From Ascoidea asiatica JCM 7603 (lineage: Eukaryota > Fungi > Ascomycota), in contig BCKQ01000001.1 in assembly GCA_001600695.1 (NCBI GenBank), forward strand, positions 2,324,680-2,388,679: a stretch of DNA of 64,000 nucleotides, read 5' to 3'. Numbering within the stretch: the stretch's first letter is position 1; every line of letters starts with the position of its first letter. Below are positions 1 through 10,829 of this stretch, in pieces. Below the pieces are notes generated by a model. The model did not search any database, was not told where the DNA came from, and worked only from the letters and a program-made list of their open reading frames with translations. Both the position numbers and the translations under genes were made by a program.

Positions 1-227
1 TTAAACAACTTTATATAATTATAATTCCATATATAAACTCAAATCAACCAAAAATCCTAAAAAAATTACCTTAGAATGCTTTAAAGAGTTTTCCATTTAT
101 TTCAGACTTCAATAAAATTGAAATAATTGAATTAAAATAATATAAGCAAACAAAATCAACGAAATTTTACTTTAACAAATTCAATTTGTATTTTTTTCAA
201 TCTTGATATTATTGACAAAGACATAAA

Positions 228-859
228 AGAAGTTATTTTCCTAATAATCCAACAAGCTCAGTTTCGAATTTTAGTAATATAAAATCTAATTTTATCAAAA
301 ATGATCATTATCAAGATAGTGAAAATTTAAATGAAAGTTCAAATCAAATATGATATAAATATAAATTCTGGAAATTTTGATAGTAGAAAATCAAGCAATA
401 ATACTATCACTACCAGTTCTAAAACTTATCATCATGGAAAATCAAGTTTTAATTTATTTCAAAATTCAACTGAAAATTTAATGAACCAAAGAGATCATAA
501 ACAGAAAAGTAAAAGATCTTAAATTAGGTATATTAATGAGAATCATGTACAAGGTTATGATTATAGTTTTATTTTTTAAAGGTGAACCAAGTAACAAAAT
601 ACTTCAAGAGAAAAAGGAAATCGAGGACTTAATTAATGAACAATTAGATCTTAAATTAGAACTTGTCCATGATTTGAACTTTTCCTTTTCTTCAAGTCTT
701 AATGCTAGCTCAATTTCAGGTAATATCAGTAATTTATTGTAATATACAAGTGATATTTTTTTTTGTTACCAATACAGCAGTGAAGCAAAAGGTCAAATGG
801 AAAGACTTTTCGATGAGAAACAACATATTAACCTTACTTGTCGTAATAATATAATATAA
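228..859 (+). pseudogene. Possible decayed coding sequence (chain of coding-like fragments broken by stops and frameshifts)
   Basis: Coding-like Asn/Ser/Glu-rich reading passes from frame 3 (228-353) to frame 1 (331-579, through a TAA at 520) to frame 2 (to 859, through a TAA at 740). No recognisable homologue, and any 5' part may lie outside the window. Confidence 0.3.
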
Positions 860-871
860 TATATTATAACC

Positions 872-879
872 TATTTACA
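872..879 (-). promoter_or_regulatory. Puf3-type element TGTAAATA in the MRP17 3' UTR
   Basis: TATTTACA on + lies about 57 nt downstream of the MRP17 stop. Puf3 binds UGUAHAUA in mRNAs for mitochondrial translation. Confidence 0.5.
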
Positions 880-935
880 AACAAACATACAAACAAAACT
901 TGAAAATTTCAATTCAAAAACAAAATGGAATATTT

Positions 936-1310
936 TTAATTAGAAATATTTTGTTCTAAAGCAGCTTTTATTGAACTTTTTGCATTTAAACCATTATTTT
1001 CATGAACTCTAAAAATATTTGACCTTAAAACTCTTGGATCAGCTTTTAAAGCTCTTAAAATTTCATTTTGTACACCAACAGAAGAATCAAAAAGCATTAA
1101 AAATGGTGAACCTTGAAAATGAGTTTCTTGATCTTTTTTAATAAATTTTGGTAATGGACTTGTACCCATTGAATATATATCTCTTACAACACCTCTATTA
1201 TTTATTATCATTTTACCAATTGTAGTTGCAACTTCTTTTGCTTCACTTAAAGCTTTGGAACTTTCTTTATTAACACTACAACGTGCTACAGCTATAAGTT
1301 CATAAAGCAT
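936..1310 (-). CDS. MRP17: Mitochondrial small-subunit ribosomal protein bS6m
   Basis: MLYELIAVAR...IINNRGVVRDI..MG...LP..IKKDQE.HFQG..FLMLFDSS...LKADPRVLR matches Mrp17. The true ATG is at 1310; the track start at 1316 is TTG. Confidence 0.92.
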   Translation of the reverse strand: MLYELIAVARCSVNKESSKALSEAKEVATTIGKMIINNRGVVRDIYSMGTSPLPKFIKKDQETHFQGSPFLMLFDSSVGVQNEILRALKADPRVLRSNIFRVHENNGLNAKSSIKAALEQNISN

Positions 1311-1492
1311 TTTCAATATAATAAATCTGATATAGTATAATTAAAGATGAAACAGTATAATGAATAATGAATAATAGATAATAAAGTAATAATAATAATA
1401 ATAATAATAATAAGATGGTAATAATAATATATTCAACTGTATCGTAGAAAACTTATCAACTGGTTTTTTTTTCTTAGATCAAGTAATACGTG

Positions 1493-1500
1493 CACGTGAT
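1493..1500. promoter_or_regulatory. Cbf1-type E-box (CACGTGAT) in the divergent MRP17/APL2 promoter
   Basis: Exact RTCACGTG match on the - strand in the intergenic GC-richer patch. Confidence 0.5.
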
Positions 1501-1800
1501 GATATTATTGTCTACTGCAGTGCTACAGTCCGCTGGTCTGTAAGTTAATGATTGTCAAATTACTGCAATAATGTTATTGACAATTGTTACTTTTCAGATC
1601 AATTGAAAACACATTTTTATTTTGCTGTATTTTATCAAAATTCAATACAAAATTCAAATATTATTTATTAATTATTAATTATTAATTATATATAAGTTTA
1701 TCATATATCAATTTATTTTATGATTGATTGATTTTAAATTGAATTAATCTATTTGCTATTTAAAAAGGTATTTAATTTTAATAAATTTAAATTTTGAAAA

Positions 1801-4030
1801 ATGTCGTTAGAAAAAAGAATAAGAGCTATGTTTCAAACTCCAACAAAAGGAGAAAGTTTTGAATTTAGAACAGCATTAGTATCGCAATATCCAGAAGAAA
1901 GAAAAGAAGGTATTAAAAGAGTTATAAAAGCAATGACAGTTGGTAAAGATGTTAGTGCCTTATTTCCAGATGTTTTAAAAAATATTGCTACAAGAGATCT
2001 TGAACAAAAAAAATTAGTTTATCTTTATTTAATGAATTATGCAAAAACTCATCCAGAACTTTGTATATTAGCTGTTAATACATTTGTTCAAGATACAGAA
2101 GATCCAAATCCATTAGTTAGAGCATTAGCTATAAGAACTATGGGATGTATAAGAGTTGATAAAATTGTTGATTATATTCATATACCTTTAACAAGAACTT
2201 TAAAAGATGATAATCCATATGTTAGAAAAACAGCAGCAATTTGTGTTGCAAAATTATATGATTTAAATTCTCAAATTTGTATAGAAGAAGGATTTTTAAA
2301 AATTTTACAAAATTTAATTAATGATTCAAATCCAATGGTTGTTGCAAATGCAATTAGTGCATTAATTGAAATTGATGATATTAATCCAAATGAAAATGCA
2401 CTTTTAATTAATTCGATAACTTTAAAAAAATTATTAATGGCATTAAATGAATGTACAGAATGGGGTAGAATAACATTATTAACAGCATTATCAAATTATG
2501 AATCAAATTCATCAATTGAAGCATCACATATTATTGAAAGAGTTATACCACAATTACAACATGCCAATCCAGCAGTTGTATTATCATCAATTAAAACAAT
2601 TTTACAACATATTAATAATATTGAACAAGAAATTTATAAAACCAATATTTTTAATAAATTATCATCACCATTAATTTCATTAATTTCAAATAATCCAGAA
2701 ATTCAATTTGTTTCATTAAGAAATATTAGAATAATTTTAGAAAAATATCCAAATTTATTATCAAAAGAATTAAGAATATTTTATTGTAAATATAATGATC
2801 CATTATATTTAAAACTTGAAAAATTAGAAATTATGGTAAGAATTTCAAATTTACAAAATTATAGAATTTTATTATCAGAATTAAAAGAATATTCAATGGA
2901 AATTGATAATGAATTTGTTAAAAGAAGTATAAAAGCTATAAGTCAAGTTGCAGTTAAATTAGGAGAAATTCCTGCAATGAAATCAATTGAAATTTTAATT
3001 GAATTATTTAGAGAACGTTCAACATTTGTAATTAATGATATTGTTATTGGATTAAGAGATATTTTAAGAAGATTTCCAAATAATAAAAAATTTTTAGATC
3101 TTATAATTCCATTATATTTTGATAGTCAAGAAGATTTATCAACATCAGAATCAATTTCAAGTTTTATTTGGGTACTTGGACAATATCCTAAGAGATTTAA
3201 TAATTTAGAAAAAATTTTAAAAAAATATTGTGATAATCGTAATTATAATCTTGATAATAATAATAATAATATAAGAGGAGGAAACGATGGTGAAGAAGAA
3301 GATGAAGAAGAAGAAGAATTTAATTTTATTGAAGAAGATTATCAAGTTCAATTACAATTATTAACAACAATTGTTAGAATTAATATTTTAAAACCAAGTA
3401 AAAATTTACAAAAATATTTACAAAATATTTTAACAATTGCAACTAAAAAAAGTGATAATGCAGATATTAGAGATAGAGCATTTATTTATTGGAGATTATT
3501 ATCAAGTTCAAATAATGAAGAATTAAAAGAAATAATTTTAAAACCATTACCAATAATTAATTCAATAATACCAAAATTTTCAAAAGAATTAACAGATGAA
3601 TTAATTAAAGAATTATCAACATTATCATCAGTTTATCATGAACCTTCATCTAAATTTCATTTAAATGGTGGAAATGGTAGTAATAGCAATAATATTAATA
3701 ATAAAAGTATTAATGAATTAGAAGAAATTGGTAAGAAAGAAATTATCAATAAAGTTCAAGCAGAAAATTTACTTAATTTTGATGATGATGATGATGAAGA
3801 TGAAAATAATGGATTTACAAATTCTTCATCTAATGGATTAAGTGAATTAAATGATTTATTTGGAATTAATAATAATGGTAATAATGGATCTAATGTAAAT
3901 CATCAAGGTCAAAGATCACAAAATTTAAATAGTAATATTTTAGATTTATTTAATAATCCTAAACCAATATCATCATCAGTATCTAATATAAATTCAGGTA
4001 TGAATAATTTGAATCTAAATTCAAATTTAA

Positions 4031-4085
<55 letters not shown>

Positions 4086-4128
4086 GAATATAGGAAAACC
4101 AAATGATGATTTACTTGGATTATTTTGA
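1801..4128 (+). CDS. APL2: AP-1 adaptor complex beta subunit
   Basis: LVSQYP..RK..IK....MT.GKDVS.LFPDVLKNIAT.D.EQKKLVYLY.MNYA.THPELCILAVNTF is the Apl2 signature. It has an LLNFD clathrin box, a DDLLGLF terminus and a poly-Asn tail. Confidence 0.95.
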
Positions 4129-4318
4129 ATAAGCTAATATTTAGTAGTTAATAGATAATAGGTAATAGTTAATAGTTAATAGTTTATAGAAAGTAATCTT
4201 AAAGGAGTATTATTATTTTGTATTGTATTATTGATAGTATTGTATTGTTGATAATAGCCGTTAGTGAAGTTATTCTCATTTCTTTAACGTTACTGTTTTC
4301 ACTCAAACGGAATCATTC

Positions 4319-4355
4319 AAGTGAAAAAAGTGAAAAAAGTGAAAAAAGTGAAAAA
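4319..4355 (+). repeat. Tandem 9-mer (AAGTGAAAA)x4 upstream of the DMO2-like gene
   Basis: Seen directly in the sequence. Confidence 0.8.
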
Positions 4356-4504
4356 CTTTCTTTGATTCAATTTTCATTCTTCAACCTTCAATTAATCATT
4401 TATCATCTATTCATATTCACTATCAATCAACTACCACTCAATCACCAATTTCATCATTATCACCTTCCTAATAGTTTCCTTTATTTACAACTTCTTCTTT
4501 CTCA

Positions 4505-4951
4505 ATGTCAAATATTCTCAAAATCTTCAATCCTCCAAAAGCAAGAGATTTGACCGACGAAGAACTCAGCGGCTGTTTGCCCTGCGAGGTGATGGGCTCC
4601 TTCACCGGGCTAGCTGCCGGGCTCTATTTTGCCTCTGGGCGGGTCTTCGGAAGTGGTGTTTCTGGTGCTGCTGGTAGTGGTGCTGGTGCTGATGCTGCTT
4701 CGGCTGCCAAACCATCTCCTTCAGCTGCTTCCCCACTTTCATCCCCTTCTTCCTCTTCACATGCTTCCTCTTCTTCTGCTTCTTCTGCTGTTGTCAATCC
4801 TCGCTGGTGGAAATTCGCTGTCCGCGGTGCCGGTGCTGCTTTTGCTGTTTTTGTTGTTCATCGAGCTGCTCAGGGCTGGCTTGGGAACATTTTCCGAGCC
4901 TCTGCCAGAACCAGCGCCACTTCAACCACCTCCACCTCCAGAGCCAAGTGA
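4505..4951 (+). CDS. DMO2: Mitochondrial inner-membrane protein, YDL157C/Dmo2 (DMAC1-like)
   Basis: MSNILKIFNPP.ARDL..EE...CLPCEVM, a TM segment ending YFASG, NPRWWK, and a second TM ending RAAQGWL match S. cerevisiae YDL157C (MSNILAVFNPPPQREL..EE..DCVPCQVM...NPQWWK...RGTEGWL). An Ala/Ser insert sits in the loop. Confidence 0.85.
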   Translation: MSNILKIFNPPKARDLTDEELSGCLPCEVMGSFTGLAAGLYFASGRVFGSGVSGAAGSGAGADAASAAKPSPSAASPLSSPSSSSHASSSSASSAVVNPRWWKFAVRGAGAAFAVFVVHRAAQGWLGNIFRASARTSATSTTSTSRAK

Positions 4952-5107
4952 GTCTTCCCTTCCCCATTCACTTACTTCCATTCACTTACTTCCGTTCTTC
5001 TTGTTATCTTCCCCTTCTTACTCACCCACTAATTAACTACTAAATAACTACTAAATAACTAATACACAGCTAATTCATAATTAATATAAGTACAAAGCCA
5101 ATTCATC

Positions 5108-6514
5108 ATGGATTTAGGTCTTGAAAGAGTTCTTCTTCTACTTCAAAAACTTGGAAATCCACATCTTTCAAATTATTACACAATTCACATTGCTGGTACA
5201 AATGGTAAAGGTTCTGTTTGTTCATATCTTTCTTCAATATTATCAAATTCAAATTTTAATGTTGGTAAATTTACTTCTCCTCATATTATAAATAAATTTG
5301 ATTCAATTTCAATTAATAATAAACCAATTTCAAAATTAATTTTTGATAAATTTAATGAAAAAGTTATAAATTATAATATTAAATATAATATAAATGCAAC
5401 TAATTTTGAAATTTTAACAATAACTGCTTTTGAAATTTTTAAAGAATTTAAAATAAATTTTGCAATTTTAGAAGTTGGTTTAGGTGGTAAATTAGATTCA
5501 ACTAATGTTATTCCATCTTGTTTTATTCAAAATAATAATTTAAATCAATTTAAAATTAATTCAAATGGTGTAATTTTAACTGGTATAACTAAAATTAGTT
5601 TAGATCATCAAAATATCTTAGGTAATACTTTATCTGAAATTGCAATTCAAAAAGCTGGAATTATTAAAAAAAATGTTCCATGTGTAATTGATGGTTCAAA
5701 TCATAATTCTGTTATTTTAAAAGTTAATGAAATTGCAAAGAATTTTAATTCAACTCTTTATAAAACTAGTAACTTTAAAAATAATTCAATTATTAATACA
5801 ACCCATTTTGGTGATTTTTCTTTAAATATTTCTCCATTATTAGGTTCTTATCAATATCAAAATCTTTCAATTTCTTTAAAATTAATTGATTTATTATATC
5901 CATATTTAGATATTATAAATTTAAATAAAAATAGTTTAAATAGAAATTCAATTTTAAAAGGTATAAAATCTGTTAAATGGCCTGCAAGATTACAATTCTT
6001 AAATTTAAATTATTCAAATTCAAAAAATCCTTTAAAAGTTTTAATAGATGGTGCTCATAATGGTTCTGCTTCAATTGAATTAGCTAATTTCTTAAATTCT
6101 TATTATGAAGATAATAATCAAAATCTTAAAAGAAAACCATTAACTTTTATAATTTCAATCACTGATTCAAAAGATTTATCTCCTTTATTATTACCTTTAT
6201 TTCAAAATTCTTCTCCTGATGATAGAATTATTTTAACTAAATTTGATTACAAAAATTCAGTTGAAGATATGCCATGGATTAAATCTTATAATACTGATAT
6301 TTTAAAATTAAAAATTAATGAAATGATTAATAAAAATATTAATAAAAATATTAATATTCAAATTGAAAATAATATTGAAACTTTATTAAATGAAAAAATT
6401 AATCCAATGATTGATAAAAATATTATAATTTGTGGTAGTTTATATCTTGCTTCAGAAATTTTAAAAATTCATTTAAAATATTCTGGTCAAAATGGTTATA
6501 AAGATATTTATTAA
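5108..6514 (+). CDS. FOL3: Dihydrofolate synthetase (FolC family)
   Basis: LGLERV..LL..LGNP, IHIAGTNGKGSVC, LEVGLGGKLDSTNV, WPARLQ, DGAHN and CGSLYL motifs; the N-terminus is Fol3-like rather than Met7-like. Confidence 0.9.
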   Translation: MDLGLERVLLLLQKLGNPHLSNYYTIHIAGTNGKGSVCSYLSSILSNSNFNVGKFTSPHIINKFDSISINNKPISKLIFDKFNEKVINYNIKYNINATNFEILTITAFEIFKEFKINFAILEVGLGGKLDSTNVIPSCFIQNNNLNQFKINSNGVILTGITKISLDHQNILGNTLSEIAIQKAGIIKKNVPCVIDGSNHNSVILKVNEIAKNFNSTLYKTSNFKNNSIINTTHFGDFSLNISPLLGSYQYQNLSISLKLIDLLYPYLDIINLNKNSLNRNSILKGIKSVKWPARLQFLNLNYSNSKNPLKVLIDGAHNGSASIELANFLNSYYEDNNQNLKRKPLTFIISITDSKDLSPLLLPLFQNSSPDDRIILTKFDYKNSVEDMPWIKSYNTDILKLKINEMINKNINKNINIQIENNIETLLNEKINPMIDKNIIICGSLYLASEILKIHLKYSGQNGYKDIY

Positions 6515-6552
6515 TAAATTTAATCAAATATATTGTATATACTAATATATTT

Positions 6553-8966
6553 TTATCTTCTAGATAATCGAGGATCCATAACTTTTGTAGATCTTATAGC
6601 TCCCCATGTTTTATTTGTTTTCTCAACTTTTAAAATATTTAATGAATTTAATGAATTTAAAGAATTTAATGAATTTAACGTTAATTTATTCTCTTCATTC
6701 ACTCCTTCATCTTCTAATTTTCTTCTTATTAAATTATCTTCTATTCCAATTTCATCCATTATATCTTCTAATCCTACAAAAAGTTTCTTTACTTGTCTTC
6801 CATCCTTATCGTTCTTCCTATCTATATCACTACCATTATCATCATTATCATTATCAGAATCCTCATCAGAATCTCTACTTCTTTTTCTATTTATAACATT
6901 ACTATTATTATCAATTTTAGATTTTTCATTTTTTTCTATAATAGATTTTAAAAATCCTAAAGCTGAATTATCTGTTTCTGTTAATTTATTTTGTAATAAA
7001 AATGCTGATGATGATGATGATGATGGTGAAGCTACGGATGATGGCGAAGTTATTGATGTTGATGAAGTAACTGATGATACTGATTTTATATCTGATCTTG
7101 CTTTAATTTCAGAATTAACATTGAAATTATTTCCATGTCGTAATAATGGTGATCCAAGATTATGTAAATTTGAATTTATTATCTTATTTTTACTTATATT
7201 TTGACTTAGATTTTGATTTTGATTTTGATATTTCATTCTATTTCCATTAATTTTATTTTCTAAAAAATCAATATGTTCAAAAAATGATGGTGAAAATAAT
7301 TCATTTCCGCCATTTGATAATAAAATTCTTTTTGCATCTTCATTTAATTTTTTTGATAATTTAAAATTATAACCATTATCTTTATCATTAAGTAAATAAA
7401 TATATTTATGATAAATTATTAATTTATCAAGATTTCCAGAAATAAACATTGTTTTAAAAGATCTTAAACCTCTTTCTGTATTACCTGCTAATCTTTTTTT
7501 ATTTCTTTGAAAAAAAATCCCAATTTCAGATTCATTTATATTGTTTATAAATTTAAAACATCTTAAATTATCTGACCAAAAAAAATCTTTTGAATTTATT
7601 GAAAATGATTGCATTTGTAAAAAAAGATAATGTTCTTGTCTTAACTGATTTGAAAATTAAAATTTGTTAATAAAAATTGTAATTAAGTTGAAAAAAAAAT
7701 AGAAAAAAAAAAAAAAAAGGCAATCAATCAATATATGATACTTACAACTTCAAATCTATCATTAAGATTTGAATGAATTCCATTTCTCATTTTTGGGAAT
7801 TTTTTTAAAAAAATTGAACTTAATAATTCAGTTTTAAAACCTAATTTTTCAAAATTAAATATAGTTTTTTTAAAAGAATCAAAATTTTTAATTATTAATT
7901 TAATTAAATATTCTTCTTTATCTGGTGACCATTTATCTGGTGGTCCTAAATCATAACGTATATTTTGAAATTGATTATTATTACTACTTTGATGAAGATT
8001 TTGATAAGGAGGTTGATTAAGAGGTTGATTAAGAGGTTGATTAAAAGGTTGATTAAGAGGTTGATGAAGAGGTTGATTAATATTTGAATCACGTAGTTCA
8101 TTATTATTAGTATTACTGATATTATTGAGGTTAATATTTTTATCAATTGGATAATTAAGTAATTTATAAGATAAAATATTTTGAATTGAATTTAAAGATA
8201 AATTTAAATTTTTATTATTTACATTTGGTAAATTTAAATAAATAAAAGAATGATAAATTAAAATATGATCTAAAGAAAATGGAGTAAATAATTGTTTTAC
8301 TGAATTTTTACCAATTTGTTTACCTTTAGTTTGTTGTGGTATTAAATTATAGTATTTTGAGAAAAAATTATTTAAATTATAATCGAAATTTTTATCATCT
8401 AAATTATTATTAGTATTTAAAAATTGAAAAGATCTTTTTGAATTTGACCATTCAAATTTAATTTTATTTAAATTATTATTTAAATTATTTTTTAAATATA
8501 AATTATAAAAAAATAACCACATTTCATGTAATGAAGTTATAACTAATAATTTATCTTTTAATAAACTTCTTTTATTATTTGTTTTATAATTTGAATAATT
8601 ATAAAATTGATCTAATAAATATAAATTTGCTTTATTAATTGTTTTTAAATTAATTAAATCAATTTTAAAAAAATTAAAATGTTTTATTAATAAATTTATT
8701 AATAATAAATTTTCATTAATTGACCAAATATTTTTAATATTATTTAATTTTTTATTTGGTAAATAGAATTTTATTTGATTATTATCATCATTGTTGATGT
8801 TATGATTGATATTGTTATTATTATTATTATTATTTGAAATTGAAGATAATATTGAAGCAGGAGATATATTTTTTGAAGAAACTGCAGAAGCTGCTGCTAA
8901 TATTTGAAAAATTAAATTTGATTTATCAGGATCATTATCATTATCATTATCATTACCTTTATTATC

Positions 8967-9002
<36 letters not shown>

Positions 9003-9542
9003 ATTTTGATTTATAATATTTTGATTTGAAATGGAATAAGAGTTTAAATTTGTGTTTAAATTTGCAAATGAAGGCGATATCGAAGGAGATCTTGAAGGAG
9101 TATCGGCGGTTGAAAATGAAATAAATCGATTCATAGCGCCACCACCATTAATAGAATTATTAATATTATTTAAAGGATTTAAAGGAATATAATCTGTTGG
9201 AGATGTAGATGTAGATGTAGATGTAGATTTAGATGCAAATGAATTGGTAGAAATAATATTACCATTAAATATTTTACTATTTTCGATATTTTTTTCGAAA
9301 TTATTCTCAAAATTATTCTCAACATTTCGATTTTGAAATTGATTTTGAAATTGAAATTGATTTTGAATTACATTTTGATCTGTAATTTTAATATTGGAAT
9401 TAGATTGAGAGGTTAAAGAAGCAGAATCATGAGAAAGAGATAGTTTTGTATCATTCTTTGCGGAATTAGCGCCGAAGTTGAGAATTCCATCAAGAAGACC
9501 CTTAATTGAATCGTTTTGAAGAGAGTGATGGCGCTCAGACAT
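6553..9542 (-). CDS. Uncharacterised 962-aa protein with two internal Myb/SANT-like repeats; complement(join(6553..7644,7746..9542))
   Basis: First ATG at 9542. A phase-0 intron at 7645-7745 joins track ORFs 7728..9758 and 6553..7614 in frame (DRFEV|LRQEHYLFLQMQSF), and the junction completes the second copy of an internal repeat. Confidence 0.8.
7645..7745 (-). other. Spliceosomal intron (101 nt)
   Basis: GTAAGT donor at 7745, TATTAAC branch-like motif at 7672-7666, CAG acceptor ending 7645, and a poly-T tract; splicing restores the frame. Confidence 0.85.
8008..8080 (-). repeat. Coding 12-bp minisatellite giving (NQPL/HQPL/NQPF)x6
   Basis: aagaggttgatt-type units repeated on +. Confidence 0.85.
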
Positions 9543-9779
9543 TCGCAGAGAAAGAAGCTGGAAAAGAGGAAAAAACAACAAAAGTGCTGGCGATGGTGGC
9601 TCTGCTGCTGGTGGTTTTGTGCTGGTAGTGGCTGTGATGCTTGGGATGGTGCTTTTGGTGATGGTGCTCAAAAAACGAGAGAGAAATAGTCTCCAGGACA
9701 AAGTGGTGCGATTCAAGCAAAGCACCCAGTGAAGATCCCAGCGAAGATCCCCAACCAATTGGTGCTAGCATTGTCTCAG

Positions 9780-9904
9780 CACGTGATGTGTTAACTGTCC
9801 TTTTTCTCTGTCCCTGATAGCCTCCAGGTCTGCACTTAGCATAGGTGTTTGCCATGTGACTCTGTCCCAGAGCCCCCGCCCTGCTAGGCTCTTCTCGGCA
9901 CGTG
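9780..9904. promoter_or_regulatory. Two CACGTG E-boxes (9780, 9899) in the GC-rich divergent promoter of the Myb-repeat gene and DHH1
   Basis: Both read GCACGTGA, a Cbf1/bHLH-type site. Confidence 0.5.
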
Positions 9905-10046
9905 AGTCTCAGTAACGCAGTTTTGGGTTGCATTTTGCTTTACTCAAACAAATTTGCCATCGCAGCATCAGCACCGCTCTCTCTCTCTCTTTCTCTCTCT
10001 CTTTGGACTATTCACCTCTGTCACCACCACTGCCAAATCTCGATTT

Positions 10047-10102
10047 ACTCAGATTCAGATTCAGTTTCAGTTTCAGTTTCAGTCTCAGTCTCAGTCTCAG
10101 TT
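10047..10102 (+). repeat. Compound hexamer repeat (TCAGAT/TCAGTT/TCAGTC)n
   Basis: Seen directly; a (CT)n tract precedes it at about 9977-10002. Confidence 0.8.
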
Positions 10103-10829
10103 AGCACTGTGCTTCACGGTAATTCAGTACTAAACCTCACTCACTTGCAAATTATTTGCCTATTTGCCTATGTAATTTTACTATTTTATCACTTCAATTC
10201 AACTTATTAAAATATTTCATTTATTTATTAATTCATTAATTTATTCACTTTATTTAATCTTTATTACTTATAATCTTTATAATTCAACAATATTTATTAT
10301 CTTACAATTAAACTCTTTTATAATCTTTATTCATATAATAATCTTATTAATATATTATCACTTCATATATTATATCTGATTATCTTTAATCAATTTAAAT
10401 CAATCAACTAAAACTTAAGTTGAATAGTTTATCTATTATTCAATTAATTATTCAATTTAAACAAATAAATAAATATTTAATTATTTAAGTATTTAAAGCC
10501 ATTTGGCTCTAAATTTATTATAATCACTACTAGTATTATTAATTTAATTAGTTTAATCAATCTTATTAAATTATAATCTTTTTCTTTTTTTTCGTTTTCT
10601 TCTCAATTTCCCTTCCTTTCATTTTTCTTTTCGTTTTTCCTCTCCTTCACTTTTTACTTTTTCCTTTTCCTTATTCCTTTTCCCTTTTCAATTTTTATTT
10701 TAATTTCTATTTTATTTTATTTATTCTATTCCAGTCTATCCTAAATATATTCAAATAAAATTCAATTATATAATCAAATAGTATCCGATATAATCAAATT
10801 CAATTTCAAATACTATATCAAATTTTATA

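Noticed and set aside
4218-5043. Overlapping alternative-frame ORFs around DMO2, including the Cys-rich 4807..5043
   Set aside because: Non-ATG starts; they are by-products of GCT/TCT/GTT repeats in the GC-rich DMO2 frame.
9535-10210. 132-aa and 102-aa ORFs in the Myb-gene/DHH1 intergenic region
   Set aside because: They lie in a promoter GC island and microsatellites, with low-complexity translations and no family motifs.
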